DNA of 64,000 nucleotides from a virus: positions 1 through 64,000 of IMG/VR virus record IMGVR_UViG_3300018875_000003. One strand, given 5' to 3'. Under the pieces are notes generated by a model. The model was not told the origin of the DNA, made no database searches, and saw nothing but the letters and a program-made list of their open reading frames with translations. Below are positions 1 through 12,200 of this stretch, piece by piece. The position numbers and the translations under genes are program-made. Each line of letters opens with the position of its first letter. The first letter of the stretch is position 1.

Positions 1-3000
1 GCCAGTTTCGATCGCCTTCGCGGTAAGCGCTGGTAATGCAGATCGTCTGGCCGGTTCTCTTCTTGTATTCCTTACCGAGCGCTTCGAGCAGGTCGTAGCT
101 GGCTTGACGGACATACGGCGAAGATGTAACCATTGTCAGTTTCATATTTGTCAGCGGCTGCTTCCGGATATCGATACATGCCTTTGCAGCTTCGGCAGAG
201 GACTTCAGACGGTACTTCACTTTTCCTTCATTTCCATAGATCACAGGTTTTTCCCCTTTCGTTTGTGCGCCGTTTGCAATAGTTGGCGGTTGGTAGTTCG
301 GATCGTATTTCGCAATCTTGGCCATGATGCTTGCAATCCCGTGCGCCCAGTTCTTATCCGTTGCATATTTGACATTCATGCCTTCCAGTGTCGGGCCATT
401 GTAGTACTTCCCGCCTTTGGTCAGGTAGTTGTCTTTCACCTTATTGGCTGCGTAAATTACACAGTCAGCTGGGCTTGCAAACGTATAAGCGCTGTCGTAT
501 GGGCTGCTGTCATAAGCGCCGTATCCGAACAGGTTGTTTTTATCTTTGAATATTCTCGATGTTCCCCATCCGGTTTCCCAAGCAGCGTGGGCTGCAAGGT
601 AAAGGGCGTTCATAACGCGTCCGCCTTCATTCGGAGATTCGATAATATTGGTCAGCGGGTGTGGTGCTGGAGGAATATTGGACTCTATCGACACGAAAGT
701 CTTACCGAGACCAGCCAGCTTTCCGTGACCGGCAAAAGCCTTGTCGATCGCTTCTGCAGATATCCCGCTTGGCTTATTCAGATCGAGTGTTTCATAACTG
801 GTTCCGTCCGCATTGCTTGCTGAAGAACCGAAGGCGTTCTGGAAGTCGTCCATTGTCAGAAGAGAAGATTCCTCTGCGGCGTAGGAAGCTGAGCGCTTAT
901 TCTCTGCATCCTTTTCTTCCAAGTGTCCCTGCATCGCAGCGGCAGCATCCTTTTTATCGGCTTCGTACTGATCAGACATCGCCTGGCTGAATGTCACCGG
1001 CTTACGGTGCGCCTCGATGAAGTTCTTAGCGAATACATTCATATCCAGTGTGTTGTCCTGCTCTGTGCTTGCTGCCAGCGCTCTGACACCATACGCATCG
1101 TCCAGGTTGCTTCCATCCACTGGAGCATACCGGCTTACGTCTGCGCCGAGGAAACCGAGAACAATGGAGCCTACGGTGCCGGTCAGCAGCCGCGTCCATG
1201 TATCTGGTGAGTCTCCGATGACGGATCCCTGGTGGCCGTTGATGCCTGCCGAGAACTCGACGCCTTCTTTACGCAGTGTTGCGATCAGGACAGCGTGCCG
1301 TGTAAAGAGGAAACGCTCAATCCATTCGGAGATGCCGCGAGTCACCAGCTCCGTTACTGCAAATTCGATTGCATATCCGAGCCAGCCAACTGGTCCAAGG
1401 AATGCAGCACCGATACCGATGATTCCCTGTATTCCTCTGCGCCCCCACTTGGCTCCCTTGCCGATATACTTCGCTGATGAGAATATGGCTTCAGACGCAA
1501 CGGTCTTCAGCTTAGCAATTTTATTTAGGTCCACTTTATCATAGCTCAGGAATCTACGATTGGACAAAGCGCCATCCAGCTTATCAAAGAGGTTCTGACC
1601 GTCCTTGAACGTGAACCCTTCGATTTTCGACATCAAATCTTTTAATAGTCCGCTTTTTTCCCATCTCTTTTTCATTTCAGTAGAAACGGGCGAATACTCC
1701 CGGACTTCGCCAGTAATCGGATCGACTTCGAAGATCGGCCCAGCGCCGCCCTTATAGACCGTGGCTTTGCCATCACTGCTCAAAGCGGACTTTGTTTTAT
1801 CGAGCAATGAAGTTGCCCGATCCTTCATCCAGCTGGAATCCCACTTACCCATCATGGCGTTATATCTGCGCTTCGTGGAAGCCCACAGCGCATTCATGAT
1901 CGGCATCGTTCCTTGATATCCTCTGTTGCGCATCATGTGCCGCAACATGGTCAGGGCAAATGCCTGTGCTGCTACAGAGCCAGCTGTGATCCAGAAGTTG
2001 GTCATCTTCGTATCGGAGTTGACCGCGCAAGCGTCCGGCTTAATCATCGTGATATAACCGACATCGAAGTTCATGATATGCGTGACTTCCCTGATCTCCA
2101 CCGGACCGCTCATATCTAAATAGGTGTCATATAGATAGATTTGGTTGTGTGGCTTGGCGGATGGATCGCCCATCACCGTTAGGTAGCCGTCATACATTTC
2201 CTTCACCAGGTCTCGCAGTCCGGCTGCTGCAATGCGAATAGCGGTGTATTCATCGAAGTACCATTTGAATGGCTTGTTCAGCCAATGGCCGATGAGCGGG
2301 ATATTCTCGATGAGACGAACGCCCTGCAGGTTGAGCTGCGTATCGATCTGTGCCGTGCGCTGCTTCTCTGGCCAGATGTTCGTATCGACATAGATAAAGT
2401 CCGTCGTATCCATCTTGCCTTCATCGTAGTAAACGCCTTGAGCGACCGTATACACATTCTCGTCTGTGGCTACGATGCTGTTATCGATGATGCTGCTCCA
2501 GCTATCGTAAACATGAATCTGGCGGAATGGTTTCCGGCGAATCTTGATTCCGGTATAATCCGTTTCGTCGTCTGACAGTTTGAAATTAAACGGATTCATC
2601 TGGTTCCAGAAGGAGTAGTATCCGCTTTGCTGCGTGGCTTGCTTCTCGTCAGCCAGAACGTATTCGTATCCTACCGGGAAGTACGGCTTTCCATGGAAGA
2701 TGGTATTCCGGAAGTCAAATGGATGAACGGCGACGATAAAGTCCTCAGCCACTGCTGCTGTGATATTGAGAACATCCCAAACGGTCTTATCGTACAGGTT
2801 GATGTTGATACCCTGCTCGTCGCTTTCCCCGATCCCGAAGAAGTCGCCCAGTTTGCTCCAGAATCCGTTGGCTTCAGTCTTATACTTACCGGTCGTTTCA
2901 TAGATGTTCATCGTGATCTCATTCTGCGGTCGGTCGGAAAGCTCTGATCGCCAGAAGTAGTTGATCGGCTTACCCGGCATACCGAAGTGCATAATGCCGA

Positions 3001-6000
3001 GGGAATGCTGCGCATATGCGGAGTTGCTGAGATTGTTGGCATACCAGTTCATCAGTGCGCCCTGGTTGTCCGTCAGCAGCTCATCCAGAACCTCTGTCGG
3101 CTCCTGTGTGCTGTAGATGAATCCCCGGGTCTGCTCGTCAGGCTTTGCCTTCAGTTTATTCGTCAGCTCGATGCCGTCATCCTGAGCCACGACCGTTACG
3201 GTTTCTCCGTTATTCTGAACCTGCGTTACGACGCCGTTCATCATGGTCGGCATGTTCATCGGGTTGCTGCCGTAGCCCATTCGGAAGTGAATGCGCGCGC
3301 CGGTGCGCAGATACATCGATTTGTACCAGGAAGTATCCGAGTACCGCGAGTTGCCCATAAGGTCCTCGGTGCGGCCGATGCCGATCCGGTTACTCTCCGC
3401 TTCCTTGGCTGCCGACCCAGGAACGAACATAGCCTGCATCAGATCACCTGTGCTGGTGTGCGTCAGGTCGTTCGACTTGATTGCATCTGTTAGCTTACCG
3501 AACACATTCGCCATCTCCATAACCAGCGTACTGGATGCCATCTTACGGCTGTTGGTATAGGTGATGTCTGTCACTGCCCGGTAGCCGAAGAACTGGTCGG
3601 ACATCTTCACGGCGCCCATGAACTGCCCTTCGTCGATAAACATCAGGAAGAAAGTTGGGAATGCTCGCACCAGGCGGCCGCGGCGATCGTACTTAATTGT
3701 ATCGTGATACATTTCCTTGAGCGTGGTCTGTTCATCTTCGAAAGCTTTCTCATCCAGAATCTTCTCCTGGAATGTTGGCTCTGCGCTGTTCATGCTGACG
3801 GATTTGTAGTCTGCGACAGGCAGCTTGGAGTAGTCTGCGTCCACCGTGGAGCTGACCTTCAGCGCGTTAACGCTGGCCATGATCTTTTTGATCAGGGCAG
3901 TAATGCTGGCCGGCATCTTCTTATTGGAGTTCGCCAGCTGGTAATACTCCCGCTCGTATCCCAGATAAGCACAGAGTGCGTTGATCCATTTCGTCTTGGA
4001 TGTGTCCTGCAAACCAAAGGCTTTCGCCACATTGGTATTAGGCGATTTAGCAGATGCGCGTTCCAGATAGTATTTCAGAGACGCGATTCCCTGTTCGATG
4101 TTGTACTCGATGTTATTGGCAAGACCGTTTGGTTCACCCATGACTGGACTGACACGCATAATGCCGATGTACTTCGCATTGCGCAGGTAGTTGGTGTCCT
4201 TGAAATATTTCATTTCCTGATTCATCATGATTGGCACGTTGGCCTTGGAGACTACCATCCCACCGAGGTCTTTGTTTGTGCCATCACCGACTTCATAGAA
4301 CTGCCGCAGCTTCTTATCGAAAGATGTGGCGAGCGCCAGGCAGAGTCTTTGATCCAGCGATTGATCCTTCGCCTTCTTCCGGATGATCGTTTCCACATCT
4401 GCTGCTGACAGGTTCTTCTTATCCGTAGAGTCTGGCGCCGGTGTCAGTGCGCTTGCGTTTTTAATCGCCAGTTTCTCCCGCTCAATAGCTGCTGCCGTGT
4501 TATCATCCGGCGTTGTGGTTGCGCCTTTGACTTCGCCCTGTCCGCCGATGTAATCTCGAACGGATGCCGTGACGTCGCCGCCATCGATAAATTGTCCGAT
4601 CTGTTCTCCGAAGTCAATCGGGTCTGAATAGATGAGGAAGAAGTCTGGGTCAACGTAGATGCCGTCATTCAGGTTCTTAATCTCGAAGCCGGCTGCTTTT
4701 ACCTGTGCATAGGTCGGCAGCTCCAGGTCAGGATACACCTCGACGCCTTTCATCATTTCTTTGACCTGCTGATCGTAGACCGCCTTCTTACGGACGTCCA
4801 GACTCATGAATCCGCCGAATGGGTCTTCACGGAGCCAAGGTTTATCGTCCAGATTCCACCATGCGCGATCTGCCCAGCCAATCTGCCAGTCAATCCCTTT
4901 GGAGAGCCATTCTGTTTCTGCGATCCGCTTCTGAGCCCGGTTGTAAGAGCTGAGTGTCAGCGTGATGCTGTACGACCCCGGCTGCCCTTCAATCGTGGAG
5001 GTTTGCAGGTCTTCTACGACCATGTAGTGAGCCCCGAACAAACGAGTGAGCTGGTGTTCAAACTGAATGAATCCGTTGGAGATTTCGCGGTGGTATTCAC
5101 GGGAAAGATAGCCAGAACGCTGAACCAGAGAGGTCAAGCTGCCGAGGGCTTCTTCATCTTCAGCAAAGAACTGAAGAACGAAGATCGTATCCTGTGATCC
5201 GAGGTATTGGTGCGTAGGCGATTCGTGCATTTGCAGCTGAACCGGCGTGATGACATTCTCATAGCCTGCACTCATTTGCTGCAAGTGGAGCCCTGCGACA
5301 TCCCAGTTTTCCATAAATACATCCATCTCGCTGATGACCTTTCCCGGGTTTGACCGATACAGCTCACCAATCGTATCTTTGAATATCTTCTCGTCAGCTT
5401 CATCCCTGAATGTGCCTTCCCAAATCGGAAGCCCATCCTCATCGTATTTAACGGCTTCGCTGAATACTTTTGGAATCGGAACGCCATCAATCCATTTGTA
5501 GTCGTCCTCGCTGAATCCCGAGTTATTCTGCATATCTTTCGTATACGCTTCGATCAATTTATTGCGGCTGTTTCTCCATTTACGGATGAACTGTAAATCC
5601 TCTTCTGCTGCGATCTTGAAGATATAATCATTGTTCAGGTCTTGCTGCAGCGGCTCATAATAAATAATGAGATTCGCTGGGTCTGGCTTGAGATTACGCT
5701 GGTAATGCCAGCGGAATAGTGGCCAGTTAAACATCTCATCAAACGTTCGGTCCGAGTCATCCATAATGTAGGCGAACGGGTTAAAGGCGTACAGCTGCAG
5801 CTTGGCTTCAAGTGAATGAGGGAAGCCATCTACGGTCTGAACGCTTACACTTGCCACCGTCACCGCATCGATTTTATACGTATTATTCAGCAGCGTATTT
5901 TCAATCGGCAGGAAGGGACACTTGCGCACTTGGGCCAGCAGTGGCCGAAGCTCATTATTGATGCTGACGAGATCGGGGAAGAATAGGCTCAGCTCTACGA

Positions 6001-6196
6001 TTTGATCGGAGTAGCCGCTGCCCTTTACAAAGCTTCCTCGTCCGCGCAGCACATTTATCTTGTCTTGTTTCATACGCCGCTGAACATGAATTGCAGTCGG
6101 GGGTACGTAAAACTGCGTATCCCCGATCCGCAAGAAATGATCACGCAGGCTACCATAGAGGGAATCTCTATCGTCATAACCAAGCGTTGTTGCCAT
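1..6196 (-). CDS. Giant baseplate hub / tail-associated lysin (>2060 aa, runs off the left edge; missing from the ORF track)
   Basis: ATG at 6196 after GGAGG (MATTLGYDDRDSL...). The frame was open at every point I translated, down to base 2. It has hub-like segments (GARIHFRMGYGSNP...VTVVAQDDGIEL), a degenerate SLT-like region (~3900-4400), a GH73 glucosaminidase (NALYLAAHAAWETGWGTS...KNNLFGYGAYD...YATDKNWA, ~320-640) and the start of an M15-like peptidase (ICITSAYREGDRNW) at the edge. Confidence 0.8.
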   Translation of the reverse strand, partial: MATTLGYDDRDSLYGSLRDHFLRIGDTQFYVPPTAIHVQRRMKQDKINVLRGRGSFVKGSGYSDQIVELSLFFPDLVSINNELRPLLAQVRKCPFLPIENTLLNNTYKIDAVTVASVSVQTVDGFPHSLEAKLQLYAFNPFAYIMDDSDRTFDEMFNWPLFRWHYQRNLKPDPANLIIYYEPLQQDLNNDYIFKIAAEEDLQFIRKWRNSRNKLIEAYTKDMQNNSGFSEDDYKWIDGVPIPKVFSEAVKYDEDGLPIWEGTFRDEADEKIFKDTIGELYRSNPGKVISEMDVFMENWDVAGLHLQQMSAGYENVITPVQLQMHESPTHQYLGSQDTIFVLQFFAEDEEALGSLTSLVQRSGYLSREYHREISNGFIQFEHQLTRLFGAHYMVVEDLQTSTIEGQPGSYSITLTLSSYNRAQKRIAETEWLSKGIDWQIGWADRAWWNLDDKPWLREDPFGGFMSLDVRKKAVYDQQVKEMMKGVEVYPDLELPTYAQVKAAGFEIKNLNDGIYVDPDFFLIYSDPIDFGEQIGQFIDGGDVTASVRDYIGGQGEVKGATTTPDDNTAAAIEREKLAIKNASALTPAPDSTDKKNLSAADVETIIRKKAKDQSLDQRLCLALATSFDKKLRQFYEVGDGTNKDLGGMVVSKANVPIMMNQEMKYFKDTNYLRNAKYIGIMRVSPVMGEPNGLANNIEYNIEQGIASLKYYLERASAKSPNTNVAKAFGLQDTSKTKWINALCAYLGYEREYYQLANSNKKMPASITALIKKIMASVNALKVSSTVDADYSKLPVADYKSVSMNSAEPTFQEKILDEKAFEDEQTTLKEMYHDTIKYDRRGRLVRAFPTFFLMFIDEGQFMGAVKMSDQFFGYRAVTDITYTNSRKMASSTLVMEMANVFGKLTDAIKSNDLTHTSTGDLMQAMFVPGSAAKEAESNRIGIGRTEDLMGNSRYSDTSWYKSMYLRTGARIHFRMGYGSNPMNMPTMMNGVVTQVQNNGETVTVVAQDDGIELTNKLKAKPDEQTRGFIYSTQEPTEVLDELLTDNQGALMNWYANNLSNSAYAQHSLGIMHFGMPGKPINYFWRSELSDRPQNEITMNIYETTGKYKTEANGFWSKLGDFFGIGESDEQGININLYDKTVWDVLNITAAVAEDFIVAVHPFDFRNTIFHGKPYFPVGYEYVLADEKQATQQSGYYSFWNQMNPFNFKLSDDETDYTGIKIRRKPFRQIHVYDSWSSIIDNSIVATDENVYTVAQGVYYDEGKMDTTDFIYVDTNIWPEKQRTAQIDTQLNLQGVRLIENIPLIGHWLNKPFKWYFDEYTAIRIAAAGLRDLVKEMYDGYLTVMGDPSAKPHNQIYLYDTYLDMSGPVEIREVTHIMNFDVGYITMIKPDACAVNSDTKMTNFWITAGSVAAQAFALTMLRHMMRNRGYQGTMPIMNALWASTKRRYNAMMGKWDSSWMKDRATSLLDKTKSALSSDGKATVYKGGAGPIFEVDPITGEVREYSPVSTEMKKRWEKSGLLKDLMSKIEGFTFKDGQNLFDKLDGALSNRRFLSYDKVDLNKIAKLKTVASEAIFSSAKYIGKGAKWGRRGIQGIIGIGAAFLGPVGWLGYAIEFAVTELVTRGISEWIERFLFTRHAVLIATLRKEGVEFSAGINGHQGSVIGDSPDTWTRLLTGTVGSIVLGFLGADVSRYAPVDGSNLDDAYGVRALAASTEQDNTLDMNVFAKNFIEAHRKPVTFSQAMSDQYEADKKDAAAAMQGHLEEKDAENKRSASYAAEESSLLTMDDFQNAFGSSASNADGTSYETLDLNKPSGISAEAIDKAFAGHGKLAGLGKTFVSIESNIPPAPHPLTNIIESPNEGGRVMNALYLAAHAAWETGWGTSRIFKDKNNLFGYGAYDSSPYDSAYTFASPADCVIYAANKVKDNYLTKGGKYYNGPTLEGMNVKYATDKNWAHGIASIMAKIAKYDPNYQPPTIANGAQTKGEKPVIYGNEGKVKYRLKSSAEAAKACIDIRKQPLTNMKLTMVTSSPYVRQASYDLLEALGKEYKKRTGQTICITSAYREGDRNW

Positions 6197-6206
6197 GCTT
6201 TGCCTC

Positions 6207-9200
6207 CTATGAATACTCCTCCACTTTATCCCGGTACCAGTTTCGGGAAAGCTTCGCGGTGTTGTCGGTATGATTAATGCTCATATTCATCCGGCCGCCG
6301 CCGAAGTTCGACTGCTGCATCCCCTGATGGACCATGCGGGAGAAGTCCTGAGTATTCTGATTGTTACCTTTTGCCTTTACTTCAATGCTTGCTCCGCCCT
6401 GTGAGGCACCTGAATAATCAAGGCCTGGAAGTGCAGGTGCAGGCGTGCCGCCACCGTAATTTGGTGCCTGATCGGCAGCAGTCGGTAGTGGCGCATTGTA
6501 TGGCGTTACAGGTTCAGTAGAACTAAGAGTATTGTACCCTATAACCCCTGCCAGCGCTAGGGCTGCACCGCCCATAATCATTTTATTTCTCTTTCCGTTT
6601 GCGCCATCGAATACCGTTTCCATCGCTCGCTTGACGGCATCGTTTGCACGCATGCCCATCATGCCACCCGTCATGTCTTCGATCGTCTCCGAGAACATGC
6701 CGGCAATACCTCCAGACCTGCGGGCTGCTCGCTCGAAGAAGCCTGGTTCGTTTGGCTCCACTCGGAAGCCGGACTCCGACATGCCTGCCCCTTCGCCATC
6801 GATACCCATCAGGTTTCGGATCAGTCCGAGACCGGAGTTAGAGCTGCCGCCTTCACCGAAGATGGAATCCACGATGCCGCCGACACCTACCCGCTCGGGA
6901 CTCATACCGCTGCTGGTACCGAACTTTTTGAATGGGCTGCTCAGTCCACCATCCAGACTGTGAATCTTCTGGAGTTCGCGGATCGCTGACTCGTGACCGG
7001 TAACACCATCCGTGTTGCCGAAGAACTGCCGATCGAACTCATGGACTCTTCTCCAGTCGGATTCCGTAGATGCTCGGTACATGGAGTTGATAAACGACAT
7101 CGCGTCATCGATCTCCTGCGCACCGTGCTTGGATGAGATCAGCTTCTGCTCCAGGTCTTGACCGAAGTCATAGATGGCTTGGCGGGCTGCATCATCGTGA
7201 CCGAGGAACGTTTTCGCTTGCTGCCGCATCGCGTAGTTTAAGTTGGATGCGTGGCCGATTACCATCTTGCCGGACTTCGCTGTCAACTCCGATCGCTCGT
7301 TGGCGGCGAACTCAGTAAAGTGCTCCTTATCCGATAGCGATTCCAGATCGAAGTTCCGGCTCCGGTCTTCGTCATAATCAGACCATAGCTTCTGAATAGC
7401 CGAGGAGCGCTCTGCTGCGCGGTCGTGGTAGATACGCGCCCACTCGTTCTGAATCTTGTCATTCGTGATGGCCACGATGTTATCGTAGTCACCGTCAGAG
7501 TCGGCTTTCATCAGAGCGGATGTCAGGGCGGTTACATGGAACTCGCCTTCCCGGATGCCTTCCTTCATCTGCAGCTTCGTCACTTGCATCGCATTATCAT
7601 GAAATGTCGGATACCGGACGTTCATCGCATACGTGTCGGTCCCGGCAGCCAGCCGGTCGTACACACCCATCTTCCGAGCGTCTTCCGGGGAGATAAAGGT
7701 ATACTCGCCGCCGAGGGATTCTGAAGCTTTCGGATCGATCAGCTTGAAGATACCGCTACCGGACTGGTTCATGTTCGTCTTGAACACGCTGCTGTACGTC
7801 TGCCCCTGGGAAGAGGTAACGTCTTTGGCCAGACGGTTTACGTATCGGTCGATCGACTGCTGCAGCTTGCCTTGGGCTTCTACGGCTTCATCGTAAGAGG
7901 ACACGCCATTGTTCTTGCCGATCGCAGCTGCTCTCCGGTAGATGTCTGCAATATGATTTTGCAGATCCCGCAGGTACAGCTCCCCACCCTTGCCTTCCTG
8001 TGCCGTGAATGGCACGAAGATTTTATCGATGGATTTTCGCACTTCCCTGCGGTTCACGCCGCTGCCTTCTACCCGATCCACATAGCTGTAGTTCAGGTCT
8101 CCGACTTTCGGCAACTCCAGCCAGTAGCCTTGCTGGCTTGTATTCTCTCCGAGCATCTGGGAGACGTGCGCCCGGTCGAAGATCGTACCCACCATGGAGT
8201 TCTGGTTGTAACCGTCCACCGGCAGATCGCGGAAGTCGCTGACCGATAATGCCCGTCCTGATACCGAGTCTGGGTTAACGAACGTATTCAGCGCGGTGAT
8301 CATGTTTCGGGATTCCTGCGCCCGGTAATTCGATTCATTGGTTGCCAGCATGCGATTGTACATATACTCTTTGGTAGCCGAAGCTCCCATGTTATCCAGT
8401 ACGCCATATTCACGATGGCCCCATGTTACACCCTTGATTGCATTCTCGCCGCCTGCATATATCGGCTCATCTCCTCGGAAGCCGATAACCACTCGTCCAG
8501 TGTCATCTGTCATTCGGGAATAGTTCTGAACCTGCGAAGCCCGAACCTCCTGAATGGCCGTTGTCAGGCCGGTCGCCGTTTTGTTATTCAGGTTGATGTC
8601 TGGATGAGCGAACAGCTTGTTGAAGGCATCTGTGCTAATGTCGTTCTGCGGATTCGCCAGGAAACGATCGCCTTGCCAATCCAGACCGATGCCAGACTCC
8701 CTGACGGCCGCCAGCGCCCGCTCCTGCTGCGCCGGATTCATGTCTTGAATGTGGTCGGCAAGCAGCTTGGCTTGACCGGTCATCATCGCACCAAAGTCTT
8801 TGTGCTTCTTCACGTCTGGGTTGTAGATCGCCATGACGTCATCAGAACCTGTCAGGTATTTCATTAATTCTCTGGATACTACCGTGTCTGTGGTCTTCTC
8901 CCCCTCGATCATGAATTTGAAGGGACGGTCTTCGGTGTGAATGCCGATTCGGTTCTCATCATGGTCGGTGAAGATTGTGCCGGACTTATTGCCCTGGTAG
9001 TAAACCTTCTCGTCTACTCCGCCGATCGAACGTGCCCCCAGCAGGTCGCCTGGGTTTACAGTGCGCTTCAGATGCCCGTCTTGGTAGAACTCACTGTTCC
9101 AGGTGAAGACGTCTCCTTTATCGATGAAGCTATGGTTGTCTACTTTGTAGGCATCCATGATTTCTTTCGTAAAGATGGCCTGCTGCTCATACAGTCTGGC

Positions 9201-12200
9201 TTTCAGAATCGGATCAGAGATCTGGTCTTTGATGTCCTGACTGACCTTGCTGTCGGCCAGCAGCTGCGCTACTCGGTCGTCCAGTTGCCCCTGGGACATA
9301 TAGGCGACCTTCATGTTCACGCCACGCTGCGCAGGATTGGCTGCATTGCGCTCTTCCATGGCTGCCGTTGTAACGAGACCCCCAAAGTAAGACGGCTTCA
9401 TGCCGGCTTCCAGGAGCCCCTGACGTGTGCGCTCATTGACGTTGTAGGAGTTGAACCACTGCACGGCATTGTCGCGGCCGTTAAAGCTGAATGCGCCGAG
9501 TGGATGATAATCCTGAACGTTCTGGAAGGACCAGATACCCTTCGATACATTCTCCGATTTTACGCTGCCGGCAAAGATGTTCAGGCCTTTTCCAGCTGCC
9601 CAGTCATCGACTTCTTTCAGCATCTCATACGCTTTGTGCGGAGACAGATCGTTGAAGGTTGCATGCCGGATGTCGCCGCCGCGCTGCAGCTGTCCACGTA
9701 GTCCGTCTTCCCGTATATCCCGGTCCAGATCGATACGTCCGGCAGCATGCCAGTCTGCGATCATTGCTGGCGCCACGCTGACGTGAGATTGCTTCAGGAA
9801 GTCAGAGTCATTGTTGCCCCAGTAGTATCCGTCATTCTGGGAAACGACGTTGCGCTTGATGCCGGACAGTGATTCGATCTCGCCGCGCAGCGCCCGTCTG
9901 CTTCGAGTATTGGCTTCTTCGTAATCATCGTCTCGCACAGCATTGAGGATGTTGCGCATCTCTCGGGAGTCTGTGTAGCCTCTGGCGATCATCTCAGCCG
10001 AGGAGATGGTCTTGGTCTCGCCGCCTTCATTCACGAGGAAGGAGCGGGCATTGAGGACTTGGTTGCCGATAACATGTGTGCCGTTCTGCTGAATCAGCGG
10101 TACGACCACTTCGGCTGCTTTACTGTGCGATTCGCCGGCAAGGAATTTCTCCATGACGCTCGCGCTGTTCTCGCTCTTGAAGATTTGAATCTTCGCCTGT
10201 GTGCCTTCCTGATTCAGGGATAGGTTGTATTGTAAACCGTGGATGCCCATCCGATCGGCAGTCGTCCGGTAGTTCTCCAGAACGTGGTTGACGGCTGCGT
10301 AGTTGTTGCTGCGCAGTCCTGACGCATGTTGGATGCTGTCGAGTCTACCAAACAAGTCGATCGCTCCGTCATCCATCTTCACTCGTTCATTCTGAATACC
10401 GTGCTGCATGATGAATCCTTGAATCCCACTTGTCTTGGTCAGAGCCGATTGAATCATCGACTGGTTGACCCCTTCGCTGATCTGCTGCATCTCCACACGG
10501 CGGCCGACCGATTTGATCTTCAGGTTCTGCTGCATAATGTCATGGTTATCCATCAGGTCTTGCACCATCATGTTAATACTGTCGTTGATGGCGTAGCTTC
10601 GGTTAAACTCGTGGAACTTACCGGCTACCTTCCGATCAATGACTCCACTCTCCTGCAGGGAGGTAATCATATTGCCGAGGCGTTCTTTCTTGCGATCTAC
10701 CGTATCGTCCGGTTTGCCGATCTGACGGTAGATTGCATTACGGGCAGTCTCCATGCTTTCGAAGTTCAAATACCGCTGCTCTTTACGGGCGCTGGTTCGA
10801 TCAACGTAGTGGATGCCGCGCTGCTCGAATGGCTGTGTGGCGCGCTCAGTCATGTCGCCGCCGACTTTGCTGTTTACCTCCTGGCTGTATAAACGCCAAG
10901 CGATATCTCGCTGCTGCCGGACTCGGCGCACTTCCTTATCGCTCATGCCTGGAGTGATCGCGTATTTCTCTTCAATCGCCTGGATTGCCTGATTGTAATG
11001 CGGCAGCTCGTCTACAAGACGAGGAGCCATCCGGAAGAACAGCTTCTGCTCGGCTTCGTTGAACTTGCCACCCGGCAGACTGTTGAAGTCCATTCGACTC
11101 ATCATCTCTTCGTGAGTAATCCGGCGATCCATCATCTGCTTACGTGTTACAGAAGTGTCGGCATCCATCTGTTGCAAGGTGCGCTGGATGTGGGAGTCTT
11201 TCCCGGACAGACGCTCTTGATAGATAGCGGCATTGCTATACATCCGTTTGGCTGCTTCAAAACCGCGAGTCGTTGTATTGCCGCCTGCGCCGGACAGGGT
11301 GAACAGGTTGTCGTAGCGTCTGCGGGCGAGGTCGGTTTCCTTTTGAACACGAATCTCCCGCTGCATTTCCTTGGTTAATCCATTCCAGTTGTAGAACTTG
11401 CGCTGGACGAAGTTTTCGATCTGCTCAATCGCATCGTTTCCTTCGCGGATGATGAAGGAAGTTTTCTTACTCTCCGGATCATACAGGTCAAGCGCCAGTC
11501 GGTTTGTTCGCACCGTGCCGTCTTCATTTAAGTCAGAGATGTTGCGCAGCCCCTGTACTTCATAGAAGGACTTGCTGTTGATGGCCATGCGGTTGAAGTC
11601 CGGGTCTTCTGCTTTGAATGCGCCGTCTACCAGATCGGCCTGGAAGTCACTGGCTCCATTGCCGTAAGCCATAGCACCTCCGATAGAGAACAGCCGGTCG
11701 CCGCGCTTCAGCACGCGATCGCTCCAGCTCAGCTCCGTAGGACGGTAGCTGAATCCGAACGTATCAATACCAGGCAGCTCCTTGGCTTGCTCCACTTTGG
11801 ATCCGATGCCGTTAAACATTCGGGCAAATACACCGCCAAGGCCTTCCTCCCCGATATCGTGCATTGCGTTGTGGGCTGCGCCTTGGTCAAATCCGAATGT
11901 CCGGCGAAGCTCCTGCAGCGTAGCCAGACCACCAAGCGCCGGTTTGGATTCAAAGCTGCGCCCGAAGTCGGTGTGCAGTCCCTTCATATTTGGATACGAA
12001 GACTGAATGACTCTCAGGAAGTCGATGTGCTTTTTCGGACCCATGATCGGCTGACCCATTTTCTGACTCCATAGCTCCAACGCTGGAATATCGAAGTTGG
12101 TTCCGTTATGAGACAGGAAGTATTTATACCGGTTGTCGTGCATGAACTTATTGTACCGGTTGATAACGCCGAGGTGATCCTTTTCCCCGTTCGCCTGCAG

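Noticed and set aside
104-6277. Many short ORFs listed in the first 6 kb
   Set aside because: All overlap the real minus-strand hub/lysin frame that runs off the window.
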